Origin: Paraspadella gotoi
Lineage: Eukaryota > Animalia > Chaetognatha
DNA: 9,125 nucleotides
Assembly (NCBI GenBank): GCA_051294375.1
Contig: JBJCIZ010000033.1
Coordinates: 54,190 to 63,314 of the forward strand
Direction: 5' to 3'
Below, piece after piece: positions 7,994 through 9,125 of the stretch. The notes beneath the pieces were generated by a model. That model saw only the letters and a program-made list of their open reading frames with translations, had not been told where the DNA came from and ran no database searches. The translations under genes and the position numbers were made by a program. Every line of letters begins with the position of its first letter. Position 1 is the stretch's first letter.

Positions 7994-8474
7994 CTATTTG
8001 AAAAAAGGAAAGACTGATTACATTTTGTTTATTATTAAATTTTTGTTACACACATAAAATTGCTACATATTTTTCAGTTACAAGTAAAAAAACAAGCAAA
8101 TTTATGTTGTAGGCTTGATAAAAATGTATTTCAAAATCTTAACAATGATAAATACTAAAAAATGTTTTCAGCTTGATATACAATCTGGACACTACCTTCT
8201 GATCTGTGAACAAAAAATCGTCATTTTTCAATTATCTTTAACTGCAAATTAAAAGCTTGAATATATATCATAATAAAAGTTGTAAAAAATATATAGCTTG
8301 TACTATTTTGACAAGCAAAATCAATGGTGTTAAATGTATGATTATTTATATTATATTTATATAGCAAGGAAAATTAATTCTATATTATCATTTTTTACAG
8401 ATATTTCCGTAAATAGCCCATTGGAAAGGGTTCATTGGACATATATATTATCATATATATTAGATCTTTCATAC

Positions 8475-8507
8475 TGCATCTCCAACTATAGAAAGGTCTT
8501 GGTTCAT
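8475..8507 (-). CDS. Putative start-codon exon segment (MNQDLSIVGDA) of the same - strand gene
   Basis: ATG at 8507-8505 with an in-frame stop 4 codons upstream; phase-0 donor GCA|GTATGA compatible with the 7946-7993 exon; possible acceptor atgCAG at 8542-8540. Confidence 0.25.
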
Positions 8508-8938
8508 GTCAATAAGTCATATACTACTTTCTGTCAACCCTGCATTCTAAATTTTTCTTTTTTCCTTTAAATGTTTAAAATAAAAAAATTATTTATAGAT
8601 AGGATGTATTGGTAAAAAGCTTATATCACTTCCGATCGAATTTTTTAAATGAGGTTTTTTTCCATCTATAGAGACATAACACTAACTATTAGTACTATTT
8701 TTTTACATTTTTTTTATCAATTACAATTATGAATAATAGAATATAAGTAAAATATTAAAAATATATTATACTATATTCAGTCATATCTAAAAAACAAAAA
8801 AAGATTTTGCATTGATATTTTGGATATCAACATATGCAACTATAACGTTTCAAAAAATAAAAAGAAATAATAATATATTTGAATAGTGATTTTTTTTATG
8901 CACGGAAAGTACGTTTATACGGCCATTTTTCATTGTGT

Positions 8939-8939
<1 letters not shown>

Positions 8940-8973
<34 letters not shown>
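8940..8973 (+). repeat. (GA)17 microsatellite
   Basis: Direct count. Confidence 0.95.
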
Positions 8974-8976
<3 letters not shown>

Positions 8977-9022
8977 TAAAACTGATAAAAACCGATATAT
9001 CGGCATTTCAAATCGAAACGAG

Positions 9023-9096
9023 TGAATGAAGTAATGAATGAAGTAATGAATGAATGAATAATTTTAATGAATAAATTAATAAATTAATAAATTAAT
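9023..9096 (+). repeat. Short compound repeat: (TGAATGAAGTAA)2, (TGAA)n, (AATAAATT)3
   Basis: Direct reading. Confidence 0.8.
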
Positions 9097-9125
9097 CTAT
9101 GAATCAACGAATGAGTTCATGCATA

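Noticed and set aside
8401-8570. + strand phase-1 exon after ttttttacAG as exon 2 of the 3651 gene
   Set aside because: The phase fits, but the peptide is AT-biased and unrecognisable, two gaps intervene, and it conflicts with the - strand candidate.

Overview
Eukaryotic DNA, most likely from an invertebrate animal draft assembly (inference): it is saturated with microsatellites ((CT)n, (GAT)n, (GAC)n, (AAT)n, (AAC)n), carries GT-AG splice signals and has four N-gaps. I see no prokaryotic operon, CRISPR array, RNA gene or recognisable transposase. The best-supported element is the first coding exon of an unidentified + strand gene (ATG 3651 to splice donor after 4602). It encodes a long Asn/Asp/Arg low-complexity N-terminus, a 4 x 14-aa Cys/Tyr repeat and a late signal-peptide/anchor-like segment. 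A non-coding exon (about 2192-2612) and an intron (2613-3071) plausibly precede it, and a purine-rich minisatellite follows it. Weaker signals are two small - strand exons (8475-8507, 7946-7993), an Asp/Asn-rich open frame (1328-1693), and E2F/CHR, STAT-type and E-box/GTCACG motif clusters. Most ORFs in the supplied track are artefacts of repeats or N-gaps. I cannot support a claim of a novel biological system; the findings are modest, testable curiosities.
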